DNA from: Roseburia sp. CAG:309
GTDB taxonomy: Bacteria; Bacillota; Clostridia; Lachnospirales; Lachnospiraceae
Assembly (NCBI GenBank): GCA_000434115.1
Contig: FR894025.1
Coordinates: 1-44,051 of the forward strand
Length of the DNA: 44,051 nt
Reading direction: 5' to 3'
Under the pieces are notes generated by a model that was not told the origin of the DNA, made no database searches, and saw only the letters and a list, made by a program, of their open reading frames with translations. Numbering within the stretch: position 1 is the stretch's first letter; each line of letters opens with the position of its first letter. Both the position numbers and the translations under genes were made by a program. Of the stretch, positions 9,035 through 18,801 are shown one piece after another.

Positions 9035-9181
9035 GTGATTAATTTTGAAGAAGAACTGGAAAAATATGAGCCGAGTTTAGATATTGAACAAGTAAGCGAA
9101 GTGGTGAACAACAGTAATAACATGACAGATGTGACAGATATTATGAGAGAATTGATAGCAGAAGTAAAAGGTACGATGTAA
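9035..9181 (+). CDS. Small acidic hypothetical protein, 48 aa (MINFEEELEKYEPSLDIEQV...)
   Basis: SD GGGAGG, GTG start and an open frame to TAA 9181, 16 bp before the TPR gene. Too short for the ORF track. Confidence 0.75.
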   Translation: MINFEEELEKYEPSLDIEQVSEVVNNSNNMTDVTDIMRELIAEVKGTM

Positions 9182-9197
9182 GAGTTGGAGGAAAGCA

Positions 9198-10604
9198 ATG
9201 AAATGTCCACGTTGTGATACGATAATAACAGAAGATGCTCCGGTCTGCCGCTTTTGCGGACAGGATCTTAGAGCACTGTATCATGCGCGCAAATTGTCAA
9301 ATGCCTATTATAATATTGGCTTGGAAAAGGCGAAGGTGCGCGACTTGACGGGAGCAATCCTGGTTTTGAAAAAGAGTTTAAATTTTAATAAGCATAATAC
9401 CGAGGCAAGAAACCTTCTTGGTCTGGTATACAATGAAATGGGCGAGACGATCGCAGCGCTCAGTGAATGGGTTTTAAGCGATTATCTCCAGCCGGAAGAC
9501 AACCGGGCAAAGTATTATATTGATGTTGTTCAGAAAAATCAAAGTACACTGCAGACGGTAAACCAGACCATTAAGAAATATAATTCAGCATTGAAAGAGG
9601 CAAAAAATGACAATGAGGATCTGGCGATCATCCAATTGAAAAAGGTAGTCAGTCTGAATCCTAAATTTGTGAGAGCCTATCAACTGCTTGCCCTTTTATA
9701 TATGAAGAGAAAGGATTATGTAAAGGCGGCAAAAGTGCTGAAACGTGCACGAAAGATTGACTTTAACAATACGACGACACTGCGTTATATGCAGGAAATC
9801 GGCGATACGTTTAGTGAGCCGAAAGGCAAGGAAAATTCTCCGAAAGCATTTGCAAAACAGGCGGAGAAAGAGACACAGGCAAACACGGCAAATGTGACGC
9901 CGGTGGGAACATACCGGGAAGAAAAGAAACGATGGATGCCCGCCGTCAACATTATTATTGGAGCCGTTATCGGAATTATTGTAAGTGTGGTGCTTGTATA
10001 TCCTACGATGCAGGGAAATATACTGGGAAATAATTCCAGCGATATTACAGAAGCAAAGGAAATGCTTTCGGTTAAGGAAGCACAGATTTCTACGCTGGAG
10101 AAGGAGAAAAAGACGCTGCAGGACAAAGCGGATGCGTTACAGAAAGAAATCGACGATGGAGAAACCAAGAAGAGCGCGGAAGTGGAAAAACTCAACAATC
10201 TTGTAATGGCTGTAAAATACTATCAGGATGGTGACCGGCTTCTGGCTGCTTCGACGGTAAATGGCTACAAAGACAGCGATTTTACGACGCAGGAAGCGAA
10301 GGATCTTCTGGCGGCAGTATCGAAAAAGATTACTGCGGCAGATGTGCAGAAATTATTTGAAGAGGGGCGTAAAGCCTTTAACTCAGGTAAATACAGTGAA
10401 GCAGAAAATCTTTTGAAACAAGTTCTTTCGGTTGATGAGAAAAATCTCGATGCTCTGTATTTTATGGGACGCGTGTACCATCAGACAGGAAAGACGAAAA
10501 AAGCACAAAGTTATTATCAAAAAGTCATTGATACCGATAAGAACAGCGCCCGCGCTTCGGAAGCGAAGAGCCGGTTGAATCAGCTGGGTGTCAAAACGGA
10601 TTGA
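9198..10604 (+). CDS. Zinc-ribbon / TPR-repeat membrane protein
   Basis: N-terminal CPRC...CRFC, TPR-like helices, one central TM helix, a coiled coil and C-terminal TPRs. Confidence 0.85.
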   Translation: MKCPRCDTIITEDAPVCRFCGQDLRALYHARKLSNAYYNIGLEKAKVRDLTGAILVLKKSLNFNKHNTEARNLLGLVYNEMGETIAALSEWVLSDYLQPEDNRAKYYIDVVQKNQSTLQTVNQTIKKYNSALKEAKNDNEDLAIIQLKKVVSLNPKFVRAYQLLALLYMKRKDYVKAAKVLKRARKIDFNNTTTLRYMQEIGDTFSEPKGKENSPKAFAKQAEKETQANTANVTPVGTYREEKKRWMPAVNIIIGAVIGIIVSVVLVYPTMQGNILGNNSSDITEAKEMLSVKEAQISTLEKEKKTLQDKADALQKEIDDGETKKSAEVEKLNNLVMAVKYYQDGDRLLAASTVNGYKDSDFTTQEAKDLLAAVSKKITAADVQKLFEEGRKAFNSGKYSEAENLLKQVLSVDEKNLDALYFMGRVYHQTGKTKKAQSYYQKVIDTDKNSARASEAKSRLNQLGVKTD

Positions 10605-10632
10605 CCGGATAAAAAATAGAAAAGAACGCATG

Positions 10633-10678
10633 AAAAAAGCTATGGATGGAAGACAAAAGTCTTCGTCCATAGTTTTTT
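10633..10678 (+). terminator. Intrinsic terminator after the TPR gene
   Basis: CTATGGATGGAAGAC-aaaa-GTCTTCGTCCATAG followed by TTTTTT. Confidence 0.7.
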
Positions 10679-10715
10679 ATTTCCCCAATTTCTATGAAAG
10701 GAGAATGAAATCTCG

Positions 10716-11024
10716 ATGGAAACATTTTCATTAGAGCGCAGCGGCGCAAATTTAATACTACATATCAGTGAGGAGCTGGATCATCATACGGCGGGGCAGC
10801 TCAGCCGTACAATCGATGTGTTGATTGAAAAGGGCAATGTAAAGAACATTGTATTTGATTTTGACGGAATGACCTTTATGGATAGTTCGGGAATCGGTAT
10901 GGTGATGGGACGTTATAAGAAGATGGGATATCTTGGGGGCAACGTCTATGTTACCGGTGTGGGAAAAGGAATTGACCGCATTTTTTCGATGTCCGGGTTG
11001 TATAAGATTATTCAAAAAGTGTAA
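10716..11024 (+). CDS. spoIIAA: Anti-sigma-F factor antagonist (STAS domain)
   Basis: ELDHH and FMDSSGIG (phospho-Ser) motifs; first gene of the spoIIA operon. Confidence 0.93.
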   Translation: METFSLERSGANLILHISEELDHHTAGQLSRTIDVLIEKGNVKNIVFDFDGMTFMDSSGIGMVMGRYKKMGYLGGNVYVTGVGKGIDRIFSMSGLYKIIQKV

Positions 11025-11046
11025 AGATGGAGGCTTAGAGCTGAAA

Positions 11047-11487
11047 ATGAGTGGAAAAAATGAAATTATTATGGAATTTTCAAGTAATTCCGAAAATGAA
11101 AGTCTGGCAAGAACGGTAATCAGTGCGTTTGTGGCGCGACTGGATCCGACGCTTGAAGAATTGGCAGATATTAAAACGGCGGTGTCTGAAGCGGTAACCA
11201 ACGCGATCATTCACGGATATGAAAAGAATCCGGGGATGGTGCGTATGGCGGCGAAGATTGAGGACAATGTGGTGTCGGTCGAAATATCGGACACAGGAGC
11301 GGGTATTGAAAATCTGGAAAAGGCAATGGAACCCATGTACACGACAAAACCGGAACTTGACCGGTCGGGGATGGGTTTTGCGTTTATGGAAGCGTTTATG
11401 GATGAGCTTGATGTGCAGTCGGAACTGGGAAAAGGCACGACGATTCATATGAAAAAGACGATTTACAGCGCGATACATATCTCTTAA
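11047..11487 (+). CDS. spoIIAB: Anti-sigma-F factor, serine kinase
   Basis: NESLAR, SEAVTNAIIHGY, RSGMGF motifs. Start moved to ATG 11047 (SD GGAGG). Confidence 0.95.
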   Translation: MSGKNEIIMEFSSNSENESLARTVISAFVARLDPTLEELADIKTAVSEAVTNAIIHGYEKNPGMVRMAAKIEDNVVSVEISDTGAGIENLEKAMEPMYTTKPELDRSGMGFAFMEAFMDELDVQSELGKGTTIHMKKTIYSAIHIS

Positions 11488-11512
11488 CTGCCAAAAAGAC
11501 GTGGAGGTGAAA

Positions 11513-12271
11513 ATGGAAACCTTAGAACTAATCAAACGAGCACGTTCCGGGGATAAATTGGCAAGAGAACAAGTAATCGAAGAAAATATGGGCTTGGTAT
11601 ACAGTATTGTGAAACGATTTGTGGGAAGAGGGTATGATAGCGAAGAACTCAGTCAGATCGGCGCCATCGGATTGATCAAGGCGGTGGATAAATTTGACCT
11701 GCGGTTTGACGTACGGTTTTCGACGTATGCGGTACCTTTGATCACGGGGGAGATCAAGCGTTTTTTGCGGGATGACGGCATGGTGCGGGTTAGCCGCAGC
11801 ATCAAAGAAAATAGCTGGCGCGTCAAGCGGATGGCGGCCGAACTTTCGCAGAAACTGGAGCGCGAACCCTCGATGGATGAATTGTCGGCAGCAGTCGAAC
11901 TTCCGGTAGAAGATATTGTGCTGGCGTTGGAGGCGACAGCGGAAGTGGAGTCGCTGCATAAGCCGATCTGCTTTCAGGATGGAAAAGAAATGTCGCTGGA
12001 AGAAAAAATACCGGAACGAAAAGACTGGCAGGAGGAACTGATGAACCGGCTTATCGTAGAAGATCTTCTGGCACAGCTCCAAACCAAAGAAAGGGAGCTC
12101 ATCCGCATGCGTTATTATGACGGCAAGACACAGCGGGAAGTAGCGGAACATCTCGGGGTCAGCCAGGTTCAGGTCAGTCGTCTGGAGAAAAAACTGCTAT
12201 TGCAGATGAGGGAGAAAATAGCGGGAAAAAAATTTGAAAAAAATGTTGACAATCCTAAAATCATATGGTAG
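11513..12271 (+). CDS. sigF: Forespore sigma factor SigF
   Basis: ENMGLV, FSTYAVP, GEIKRFLRDDG, QVQVSRLEK motifs; third gene of the spoIIA operon; SD GGAGGTG before ATG 11513. Confidence 0.93.
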   Translation: METLELIKRARSGDKLAREQVIEENMGLVYSIVKRFVGRGYDSEELSQIGAIGLIKAVDKFDLRFDVRFSTYAVPLITGEIKRFLRDDGMVRVSRSIKENSWRVKRMAAELSQKLEREPSMDELSAAVELPVEDIVLALEATAEVESLHKPICFQDGKEMSLEEKIPERKDWQEELMNRLIVEDLLAQLQTKERELIRMRYYDGKTQREVAEHLGVSQVQVSRLEKKLLLQMREKIAGKKFEKNVDNPKIIW

Positions 12272-12274
12272 AAT
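12246..12274 (+). promoter_or_regulatory. SigA promoter of tRNA-Arg, embedded in the sigF 3' end
   Basis: TTGACA-17 bp-TAGAAT with TG extended -10. Confidence 0.8.
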
Positions 12275-12308
12275 AATTCTTGCGTGTTGAGAGATACGCA
12301 AGATAAAT

Positions 12309-12382
12309 GTGGGTTTAGCTCAGCTGGATAGAGCGTTTGGCTACGGACCAAAAGGTCGGGGGTTCGAATCCTCTAACCCACG
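12309..12382 (+). tRNA. tRNA-Arg, anticodon ACG, CCA not encoded
   Basis: Acceptor stem GTGGGTT/AACCCAC, D arm GCTC/GAGC, anticodon loop CT-ACG-GA, T loop GGTTCGAATCC. Confidence 0.97.
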
Positions 12383-12383
12383 T

Positions 12384-12417
12384 AAAGCGATTGAATGTGT
12401 ATTCAATCGCTTTTTTT
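12384..12417 (+). terminator. tRNA terminator
   Basis: AAAGCGATTGAAT-loop-ATTCAATCGCTTTTTTT. Confidence 0.85.
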
Positions 12418-12420
12418 AAT

Positions 12421-12581
12421 AATTACGTCTGTCTCAGAAAAGAAAGCATTTTCTGCTTGCAGAAAAATGGTTTCTTTTCTAGAGACACAAAACCAATGAG
12501 CATGTAGTGCGATAGCACGGAATGCGAATTGTGTTTGCAAATTGCGGGAGCGTAAGCGGAGCAATTTGTGAGGACGTAATT
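12421..12581. repeat. MITE/REP-like structured element
   Basis: 9-bp terminal inverted repeats AATTACGTC/GACGTAATT enclosing three hairpins. Confidence 0.55.
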
Positions 12582-12649
12582 TTTGTAGCACAAGCCTAAC
12601 AAGCACCGTGAGCGCTTGCGGTCAACGGCATTACGGAAAGGAGTACACT

Positions 12650-13525
12650 ATGTGGTTAGCAGACGGATGGAAAGAATATGAAGTCATTGACACTTCCAAT
12701 GGAGAAAAGTTAGAGCGATGGGGAGACTATATCCTGGTTCGCCCGGATCCGCAGGTGATCTGGGACACGCCGCATGATGCCCCACAGTGGAAGAAGAAAA
12801 ATGCGCATTACCATAGAAGCAATAAGGGAGGCGGAGAATGGCAGTTCTTTGATCTGCCAAAGCAGTGGGAGATCCATTATCGGGATCTGACCTTTCATTT
12901 GAAACCATTTAGTTTTAAACATACAGGACTTTTTCCAGAACAGGCAGTCAATTGGGACTGGGCATCGGGATTGATCCGCCGCGCCGGACGACCGGTCAAG
13001 GTACTGAATCTGTTCGCCTATACGGGGGGAGCTACAGTGGCATGCGCGAAAGCGGGAGCAGCCGTTACTCATGTGGATGCTTCCAAAGGAATGGTTACCT
13101 GGGCAAAAGAAAATGCAGCGGCATCCGGCCTTGCGGATGCACCGATCCGCTATCTTGTGGACGACTGTGTGAAATTTGTTGAGCGAGAGATCCGCCGCGG
13201 CAACCATTATGATGGTATTATTATGGATCCGCCATCATACGGAAGAGGACCGAAAGGGGAAATATGGAAAATCGAGGAGAAAATCTTTCCGCTTGTGAAT
13301 CTTTGCACCAAAATTTTGTCCAAAGAGCCCCTGTTCTTTTTGATCAATTCCTATACAACCGGTTTACAGCCGGCGGTATTGTCGTATATGCTCGAATTGG
13401 CGGTAGGAAAGCCATATGGAGGCAAAGTGACGGCAGACGAGATTGGACTTCCGGTAAGCAGCAATGGACTGGTTTTGCCATGCGGTGCGAGCGGACGATT
13501 TGAAATGTGTGACAACTTGAAATAG
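12650..13525 (+). CDS. Class I SAM-dependent methyltransferase (RlmI/RlmK-like)
   Basis: HTGLFPEQ, LNLFAYTGGA, HVDAS and MDPPSYG motifs; SD AAGGAG before ATG 12650. Confidence 0.88.
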   Translation: MWLADGWKEYEVIDTSNGEKLERWGDYILVRPDPQVIWDTPHDAPQWKKKNAHYHRSNKGGGEWQFFDLPKQWEIHYRDLTFHLKPFSFKHTGLFPEQAVNWDWASGLIRRAGRPVKVLNLFAYTGGATVACAKAGAAVTHVDASKGMVTWAKENAAASGLADAPIRYLVDDCVKFVEREIRRGNHYDGIIMDPPSYGRGPKGEIWKIEEKIFPLVNLCTKILSKEPLFFLINSYTTGLQPAVLSYMLELAVGKPYGGKVTADEIGLPVSSNGLVLPCGASGRFEMCDNLK

Positions 13526-13557
13526 AACAAAAGTACGACGACAAATGTAGAGTAAAA

Positions 13558-13639
13558 TGATACACAAAGTTATCCACAAAAAAACATGCCTAATTGCGAT
13601 AATTTTGAGTTATACACAAAGTTATCCACATTATCCACA
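13558..13639 (+). promoter_or_regulatory. Cluster of five DnaA boxes
   Basis: TTATCCACA at 13570, 13622 and 13631; TTATACACA at 13610; TGATACACA at 13558. Confidence 0.85.
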
Positions 13640-13748
13640 ACTTCGGTAGACTTTTGTAGGTAAAAAATCTATTGAGATGACAAATTGCTAAGTTGTATGA
13701 CAACTCTTGAAAATCTTGTGAATTTGCTTAAAAAAATAAAAAATTTAG

Positions 13749-13777
13749 TTGCTCATTTGTGCATTTTGTAGTATACT
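13749..13777 (+). promoter_or_regulatory. SigA-type promoter of hpf
   Basis: TTGCTC-17 bp-TATACT. Confidence 0.6.
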
Positions 13778-13848
13778 ATAGTCATGGGACAGGTAATAGA
13801 TAAAATGCCTGACAATCCCGAATATTTTGGGCAAAGGAGCTGATTATC

Positions 13849-14376
13849 ATGAATTTAGTAATTAGTGGAAAAAATTTAGATATAACGGAGGGCTTACGTT
13901 CTGCCATTGAGGAAAAGATCGGCAAACTTGAAAGATATTTTACCGATACGACAGAAGTACATGTTACTTTGAGTACAGAGAAGAACCGTCAGAAGATCGA
14001 GATTACAATCCCGATGAAAGGCAGCATCATCCGTGCAGAAGAAGTTAGTTCGGATATGTACGTATCCATTGATCTGGTAGAAGAAGTCATTGAGAGACAA
14101 CTTCGCAAATATAAAAATAAATTGATCGACAAGGAGCAGAATGCTGCACACCTGAGCCAGTCATTTATTGAGGCGGATGATTTTGAGGATGAAGATATCC
14201 AGATCATTCGTTCCAAAAAATTTGCGATGAAACCGATGGATCCGGAAGAAGCTTGTGTTCAGATGGAACTGATCGGACATAATTTCTTTGTATTCCGCAA
14301 TTCTGAGACAGACGAAGTAAATGTGGTGTATAAGAGAAAAGGAAATACGTATGGTTTGATCGAACCGGAATTCTAA
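13849..14376 (+). CDS. hpf: Ribosome hibernation promoting factor, long HPF/RaiA
   Basis: GKNLDITEGLR, DMYVSID, ERQLRKYK and KPMDPEEA C-domain; canonical position upstream of secA. Confidence 0.95.
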   Translation: MNLVISGKNLDITEGLRSAIEEKIGKLERYFTDTTEVHVTLSTEKNRQKIEITIPMKGSIIRAEEVSSDMYVSIDLVEEVIERQLRKYKNKLIDKEQNAAHLSQSFIEADDFEDEDIQIIRSKKFAMKPMDPEEACVQMELIGHNFFVFRNSETDEVNVVYKRKGNTYGLIEPEF

Positions 14377-14408
14377 AACATACGTATAAACGACGAAAAT
14401 AATAACAA

Positions 14409-14448
14409 ACCGGTATGCTGATGAGCAGTCAGTGTACCGGCTTTTTTT
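14409..14448 (+). terminator. Terminator after hpf
   Basis: CCGGTATGCTGA-loop-TCAGTGTACCGG followed by CTTTTTTT. Confidence 0.75.
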
Positions 14449-14501
14449 ATGACAAAGTTGTGAACGGTTTGTAAAAAACTGCTTGAAAAACAAATTATGT
14501 A

Positions 14502-14530
14502 TTGAAAGAACGGCCTGCAAGTGATAAAAT
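14502..14530 (+). promoter_or_regulatory. SigA-type promoter of secA
   Basis: TTGAAA-17 bp-TAAAAT with TG extended -10. Confidence 0.7.
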
Positions 14531-14598
14531 AATCAAAGGTTATGATTTGAAATACTACACTTATTTTTAGTGTGGAGAAATATATGGAGAGTGAACAC

Positions 14599-17160
14599 AT
14601 GGGAATTTTAAGTAAGTTTGTTGGAACACACAGCGAAAGAGAAGTAAAACGCGTGCTTCCAATTGTTGACAAAATTGAATCTTTGGAGCCGGATTTTGAA
14701 AAGTTATCCGATGAAGAATTGCGGGATAAAACCAGAGAATTTAAGAGCAGACTTGCGGGGGGAGAGACATTAGATGATATTTTGCCAGAGGCTTATGCGG
14801 TAGTGCGTGAAGCGGCCAAGAGAACAATCGGCATGCGCCATTACCGCGTGCAGCTGATCGGTGGTGTGATATTGCACCAGGGACGTATCACAGAGATGCG
14901 TACCGGTGAAGGTAAGACGCTGGTATCTACTCTTCCGGCGTATTTGAATGCATTGGAAGGAAAGGGCGTACATATCGTTACGGTCAATGATTATCTGGCA
15001 AAACGTGACGCCGAGTGGATGGGACAGGTACATGAATTTTTGGGACTTACCGTTGGATGTATCTTGAACAGCATGGACAATGATGAGAGAAGAGAAGCTT
15101 ACAATTGTGATATCACGTATGCGACAAACAATGAACTTGGATTTGATTATCTGCGTGATAACATGGTTATTTATAAAGAGCAGCTGGTTCAGCGTGAACT
15201 GAATTATGCGATTGTCGATGAGGTCGACTCGGTATTGATCGATGAGGCGAGAACGCCGTTGATCATTTCCGGAAGCAGCGGAAAATCGACAAAGATTTAT
15301 GAGGCATGTGACAATCTTGCCAAACAGTTAAAACGTGGTACAGCAAAAGAACTTTCGAAAATGGATCTTATCATGAAAGAAGATGACATGGAGACCGGTG
15401 ATTTTGTTGTGGACGAAAAGGAAAAAACGGTCAATCTGACGGCGCAGGGTGTTGAAAAGGTAGAACGTTTCTTCCATATTGAAAACCTCGCAGATCCGGA
15501 ACATCTTGAGATCCAGCATTGTATCATTCTGGCACTTCGTGCACATAACCTGATGTTCCGTGACAAGGATTATGTGGTAAAAGACGATGAAGTGCTGATC
15601 GTAGATGAATTTACCGGACGTATCATGCCGGGACGCCGTTATTCCGATGGTCTGCATCAGGCAATTGAGGCAAAAGAACATGTAAAAGTAAAAAGAGAAA
15701 GTAAGACACTGGCGACAATTACGTTCCAGAACTTCTTTAATAAATACAATAAAAAATGTGGTATGACAGGTACGGCGCTTACCGAAGAAAAAGAGTTCCG
15801 TGAGATTTATGGAATGGACGTTGTGGAAGTACCTACCAATAAACCGGTTGCCCGTATCGACTACAACGATTCGGTATATAAGACCAAACGTGAAAAACTG
15901 AATGCGATCGTGGAAGACATTGCAGAATGCTATGAACGCAAACAGCCGGTTCTTGTCGGTACGATTACGATCGAAGCGTCCGAGGAACTCAGTGAAATGC
16001 TGAAACGACGTGGAATCAAGCATAAAGTCCTGAATGCGAAGTATCATGAGATGGAAGCAGAGATCATCGCCGATGCCGGTGTGGCGGGTGCGGTAACGAT
16101 CGCGACAAACATGGCAGGACGTGGTACCGATATCAAACTCGGAGAAGGTGTTCAGGAACTGGGCGGACTTCGTATTATTGGTACGGAGCGTCATGAGTCG
16201 AGACGTATTGACAATCAGCTGCGTGGACGTGCCGGACGACAGGGAGACCCTGGTGAATCCAAGTTTTATATTTCGCTGGAAGATGACCTGATGCGTCTGT
16301 TTGGTTCCCAGAACCTGATGAATGTATTTAATTCTCTCGGTATGCCGGAAGGTGAGCAGATTCAGCACCGTATGTTGAATAAAGCCATCGAGCGTGCCCA
16401 GATGAAGATTGAAAATAACAACTACGGAATCCGTAAAAATCTGTTGGAATACGACATTGTCAACAACCAGCAGCGTGAGATCATTTATGCAGAACGCCGT
16501 AAAGTATTGGATGGCGAGAGCATGCGTGATACTATTTACGGTATGATTGATGAAGTGATTGAAAAATATGTCGGACGCACGATCGGCGACGACCAGATTC
16601 CGGAAGACTGGGATCTTGCGGAATTGAATATGAATCTGCTTCCGATCATTCCGTTTGAGCCGATTACATTTGATCCGGAACGCGACAAGAATTTGAATAA
16701 AGCAGGACTTCTTCAGAATTTAAAAGAGGAGGCACTTCGTATCTATGAATCCAAAGAGGCAGAATTTCCAGAGCCGGAGCAGATTCGTGAGATTGAGCGT
16801 GTAATTCTTTTGAAAGTGACAGACCAGCACTGGATGAACCATATCGACGATATGGATCAGCTTCGTCAGGGAATCGGTCTTCAGGCTTATGGACAGAGAG
16901 ATCCTGTAACAGAGTATCGTTTCCAGGGTTATGATATGTTTGAAGAAATGACGGAATCGATCCGTGAGGAAACAGTTAAGGCATTGATGCATGTGCGTAT
17001 CGAGCAGAAAGTAGAGCGTGAGCAGGTGGCAAAAGAAACCGGAACAAACAAAGACGACTCTGCCAATGCACCGGTACAGCGCAAAACGGAAAAAGTTGGA
17101 AGGAATGATCCATGTCCTTGTGGAAGTGGTAAGAAATATAAATATTGTTGTGGAAAGTAG
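14599..17160 (+). CDS. secA: Preprotein translocase ATPase SecA
   Basis: [35 protein letters not shown] and C-terminal [19 protein letters not shown] before ATG 14599. Confidence 0.98.
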   Translation: MGILSKFVGTHSEREVKRVLPIVDKIESLEPDFEKLSDEELRDKTREFKSRLAGGETLDDILPEAYAVVREAAKRTIGMRHYRVQLIGGVILHQGRITEMRTGEGKTLVSTLPAYLNALEGKGVHIVTVNDYLAKRDAEWMGQVHEFLGLTVGCILNSMDNDERREAYNCDITYATNNELGFDYLRDNMVIYKEQLVQRELNYAIVDEVDSVLIDEARTPLIISGSSGKSTKIYEACDNLAKQLKRGTAKELSKMDLIMKEDDMETGDFVVDEKEKTVNLTAQGVEKVERFFHIENLADPEHLEIQHCIILALRAHNLMFRDKDYVVKDDEVLIVDEFTGRIMPGRRYSDGLHQAIEAKEHVKVKRESKTLATITFQNFFNKYNKKCGMTGTALTEEKEFREIYGMDVVEVPTNKPVARIDYNDSVYKTKREKLNAIVEDIAECYERKQPVLVGTITIEASEELSEMLKRRGIKHKVLNAKYHEMEAEIIADAGVAGAVTIATNMAGRGTDIKLGEGVQELGGLRIIGTERHESRRIDNQLRGRAGRQGDPGESKFYISLEDDLMRLFGSQNLMNVFNSLGMPEGEQIQHRMLNKAIERAQMKIENNNYGIRKNLLEYDIVNNQQREIIYAERRKVLDGESMRDTIYGMIDEVIEKYVGRTIGDDQIPEDWDLAELNMNLLPIIPFEPITFDPERDKNLNKAGLLQNLKEEALRIYESKEAEFPEPEQIREIERVILLKVTDQHWMNHIDDMDQLRQGIGLQAYGQRDPVTEYRFQGYDMFEEMTESIREETVKALMHVRIEQKVEREQVAKETGTNKDDSANAPVQRKTEKVGRNDPCPCGSGKKYKYCCGK

Positions 17161-17169
17161 AGACGTCAC

Positions 17170-18273
17170 GTGGTAGAATTAGATAATTACAAAGTAGAAT
17201 TAAGTTCATATGAGCAGCCGCTTGCGGAAGTCAGAGATTCTTTGAATCTTGGAGACAAGCGATACCGCATCGAGGAATTGGAGAAAAATATGGAGGCTCC
17301 GGATTTTTGGGATGATTCCGAAAAGGCGAGCCAGGCCATGAAGGAAGTCAAAGACCTCAAAGATATCGTAGGACGCGCAGACGGTCTGCAGCAAAAGTAT
17401 GAGGATATCATGACGCTGATTGAGATGGCGTATGAGGAAGAAGATGAGGAACTCGCTGCGGAGATCGGCGAGGAACTTGCCGCATTTACTTCCGAGTTTG
17501 ATGATCTTCGTATTACGACGATGCTTACCGGCGAGTACGATGACAGCAATGCTATCCTTACATTGCATGCCGGTGCAGGTGGTACCGAGAGTTGTGACTG
17601 GGCAAGCATGCTTTGCCGTATGTATCAGCGCTGGGCAGAGAAAAAAGGATATTCTGTGGAAATGCTTGATTTCCTGGATGGAGAGGAAGCTGGATTAAAA
17701 TCTGTCACATTGCAGATTAATGGAACCAATGCATATGGCTATCTGAAGAGCGAGCATGGGGTTCACCGCCTCGTCCGCATTTCTCCGTTTAATGCAGCGG
17801 GAAAACGCCAGACCTCGTTTGTTTCGTGTGATGTGATGCCGGATATTGAGCAGGATCTTGATATCGAAATTGCCGATGATGATATTCGAATTGATACCTA
17901 TCGCTCAAGTGGTGCCGGAGGACAGCATATCAATAAAACGTCCTCTGCGATTCGAATCACTCATTTTCCTACCGGAATTGTGGTGCAGTGCCAAAATGAG
18001 CGTTCGCAGCATATGAATAAAGATAAGGCGATGCAGATGTTGAAAGCTAAACTGTATTTGCTCAAACAACAGGAAAATCGCGAGAAGGAGTCCGATATCC
18101 GAGGGGAACAGAAAGAGATTGGCTGGGGTAACCAGATCCGCTCGTATGTAATGCAGCCGTATACGATGGTAAAAGATCACCGAACCAATGTAGAGACGGG
18201 AAATGTCGCTGCGGTTATGGACGGAGATCTTGATATATTTATCAATGGCTATTTGAAATGGATCAACAGTTGA
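17170..18273 (+). CDS. prfB: Peptide chain release factor 2, uninterrupted ORF
   Basis: SPF recognition motif, GGQ motif, WGNQIRSY; follows secA. Confidence 0.97.
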   Translation: MVELDNYKVELSSYEQPLAEVRDSLNLGDKRYRIEELEKNMEAPDFWDDSEKASQAMKEVKDLKDIVGRADGLQQKYEDIMTLIEMAYEEEDEELAAEIGEELAAFTSEFDDLRITTMLTGEYDDSNAILTLHAGAGGTESCDWASMLCRMYQRWAEKKGYSVEMLDFLDGEEAGLKSVTLQINGTNAYGYLKSEHGVHRLVRISPFNAAGKRQTSFVSCDVMPDIEQDLDIEIADDDIRIDTYRSSGAGGQHINKTSSAIRITHFPTGIVVQCQNERSQHMNKDKAMQMLKAKLYLLKQQENREKESDIRGEQKEIGWGNQIRSYVMQPYTMVKDHRTNVETGNVAAVMDGDLDIFINGYLKWINS

Positions 18274-18300
18274 TGATCTGCGATAAATGAGGAGGCAAGG

Positions 18301-18801
18301 ATGAAGGAAATAATTGTATTTTTTCTAAGTGATAAAGAATATGGTATCGAGATCAGCGGGATGCAAAGTTTGGAAAATTACCGAGAGATTCAGCATGCCA
18401 GTGAGTTGCCGGAAGGAATGAACGGTCTGGTACAGATTCGCGATGACATTTATCCGGTTTATGATATGAAACAGAAATTCTGTCTTCCGGCAAAAGAGGT
18501 GACAGAAGATACGAAAATCCTTCTTCTTCGAACTCATGCAGGAAAGATTGCGATCGTAGTGGATCGCGTCGGAAAAGTATTTCGCGCTGAGGATAAGGAT
18601 ATTCAGGAATTTCCAAGAGTGGCGCGCACACGGGATACCGACTATATCAATTTCATTGCCAAGCGCGGCAGTGATCTGATCGTAGTTGTAAATCCGGACA
18701 CATTGCTTACAGATGAGCAATATGCCGCGGTGGAACAGAATGAGTCTCATGCGGAGGAAACTTCGGATGATTCAAATACAAATAATGGAGGAAAATTATG
18801 A
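18301..18801 (+). CDS. cheW: CheW-family chemotaxis adaptor
   Basis: IVFFLSDKEYGI, GLVQIRDDIYPVYDM and AIVVDRV match the CheW pattern. Confidence 0.8.
   Translation: MKEIIVFFLSDKEYGIEISGMQSLENYREIQHASELPEGMNGLVQIRDDIYPVYDMKQKFCLPAKEVTEDTKILLLRTHAGKIAIVVDRVGKVFRAEDKDIQEFPRVARTRDTDYINFIAKRGSDLIVVVNPDTLLTDEQYAAVEQNESHAEETSDDSNTNNGGKL

Noticed and set aside
10605..10715. SigH promoter or Spo0A boxes for spoIIA
   Set aside because: I could not find a convincing AGGA...GAAT pair at correct spacing or a TGNCGAA box.
12309..12650. tRNA as an integration site for an island
   Set aside because: No integrase and no duplicated tRNA 3' end were seen in the window.
13526..13848. oriC, or the raiA-motif RNA
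   Set aside because: No dnaA or dnaN is adjacent, and the hpf leader after its promoter is only about 65 nt, too short for the raiA motif.
15328..16368. Long antisense ORFs (346 aa here; also 20162-21010, 28674-29393, 32493-33233)
   Set aside because: They lie opposite well-conserved genes and have no recognisable motifs.
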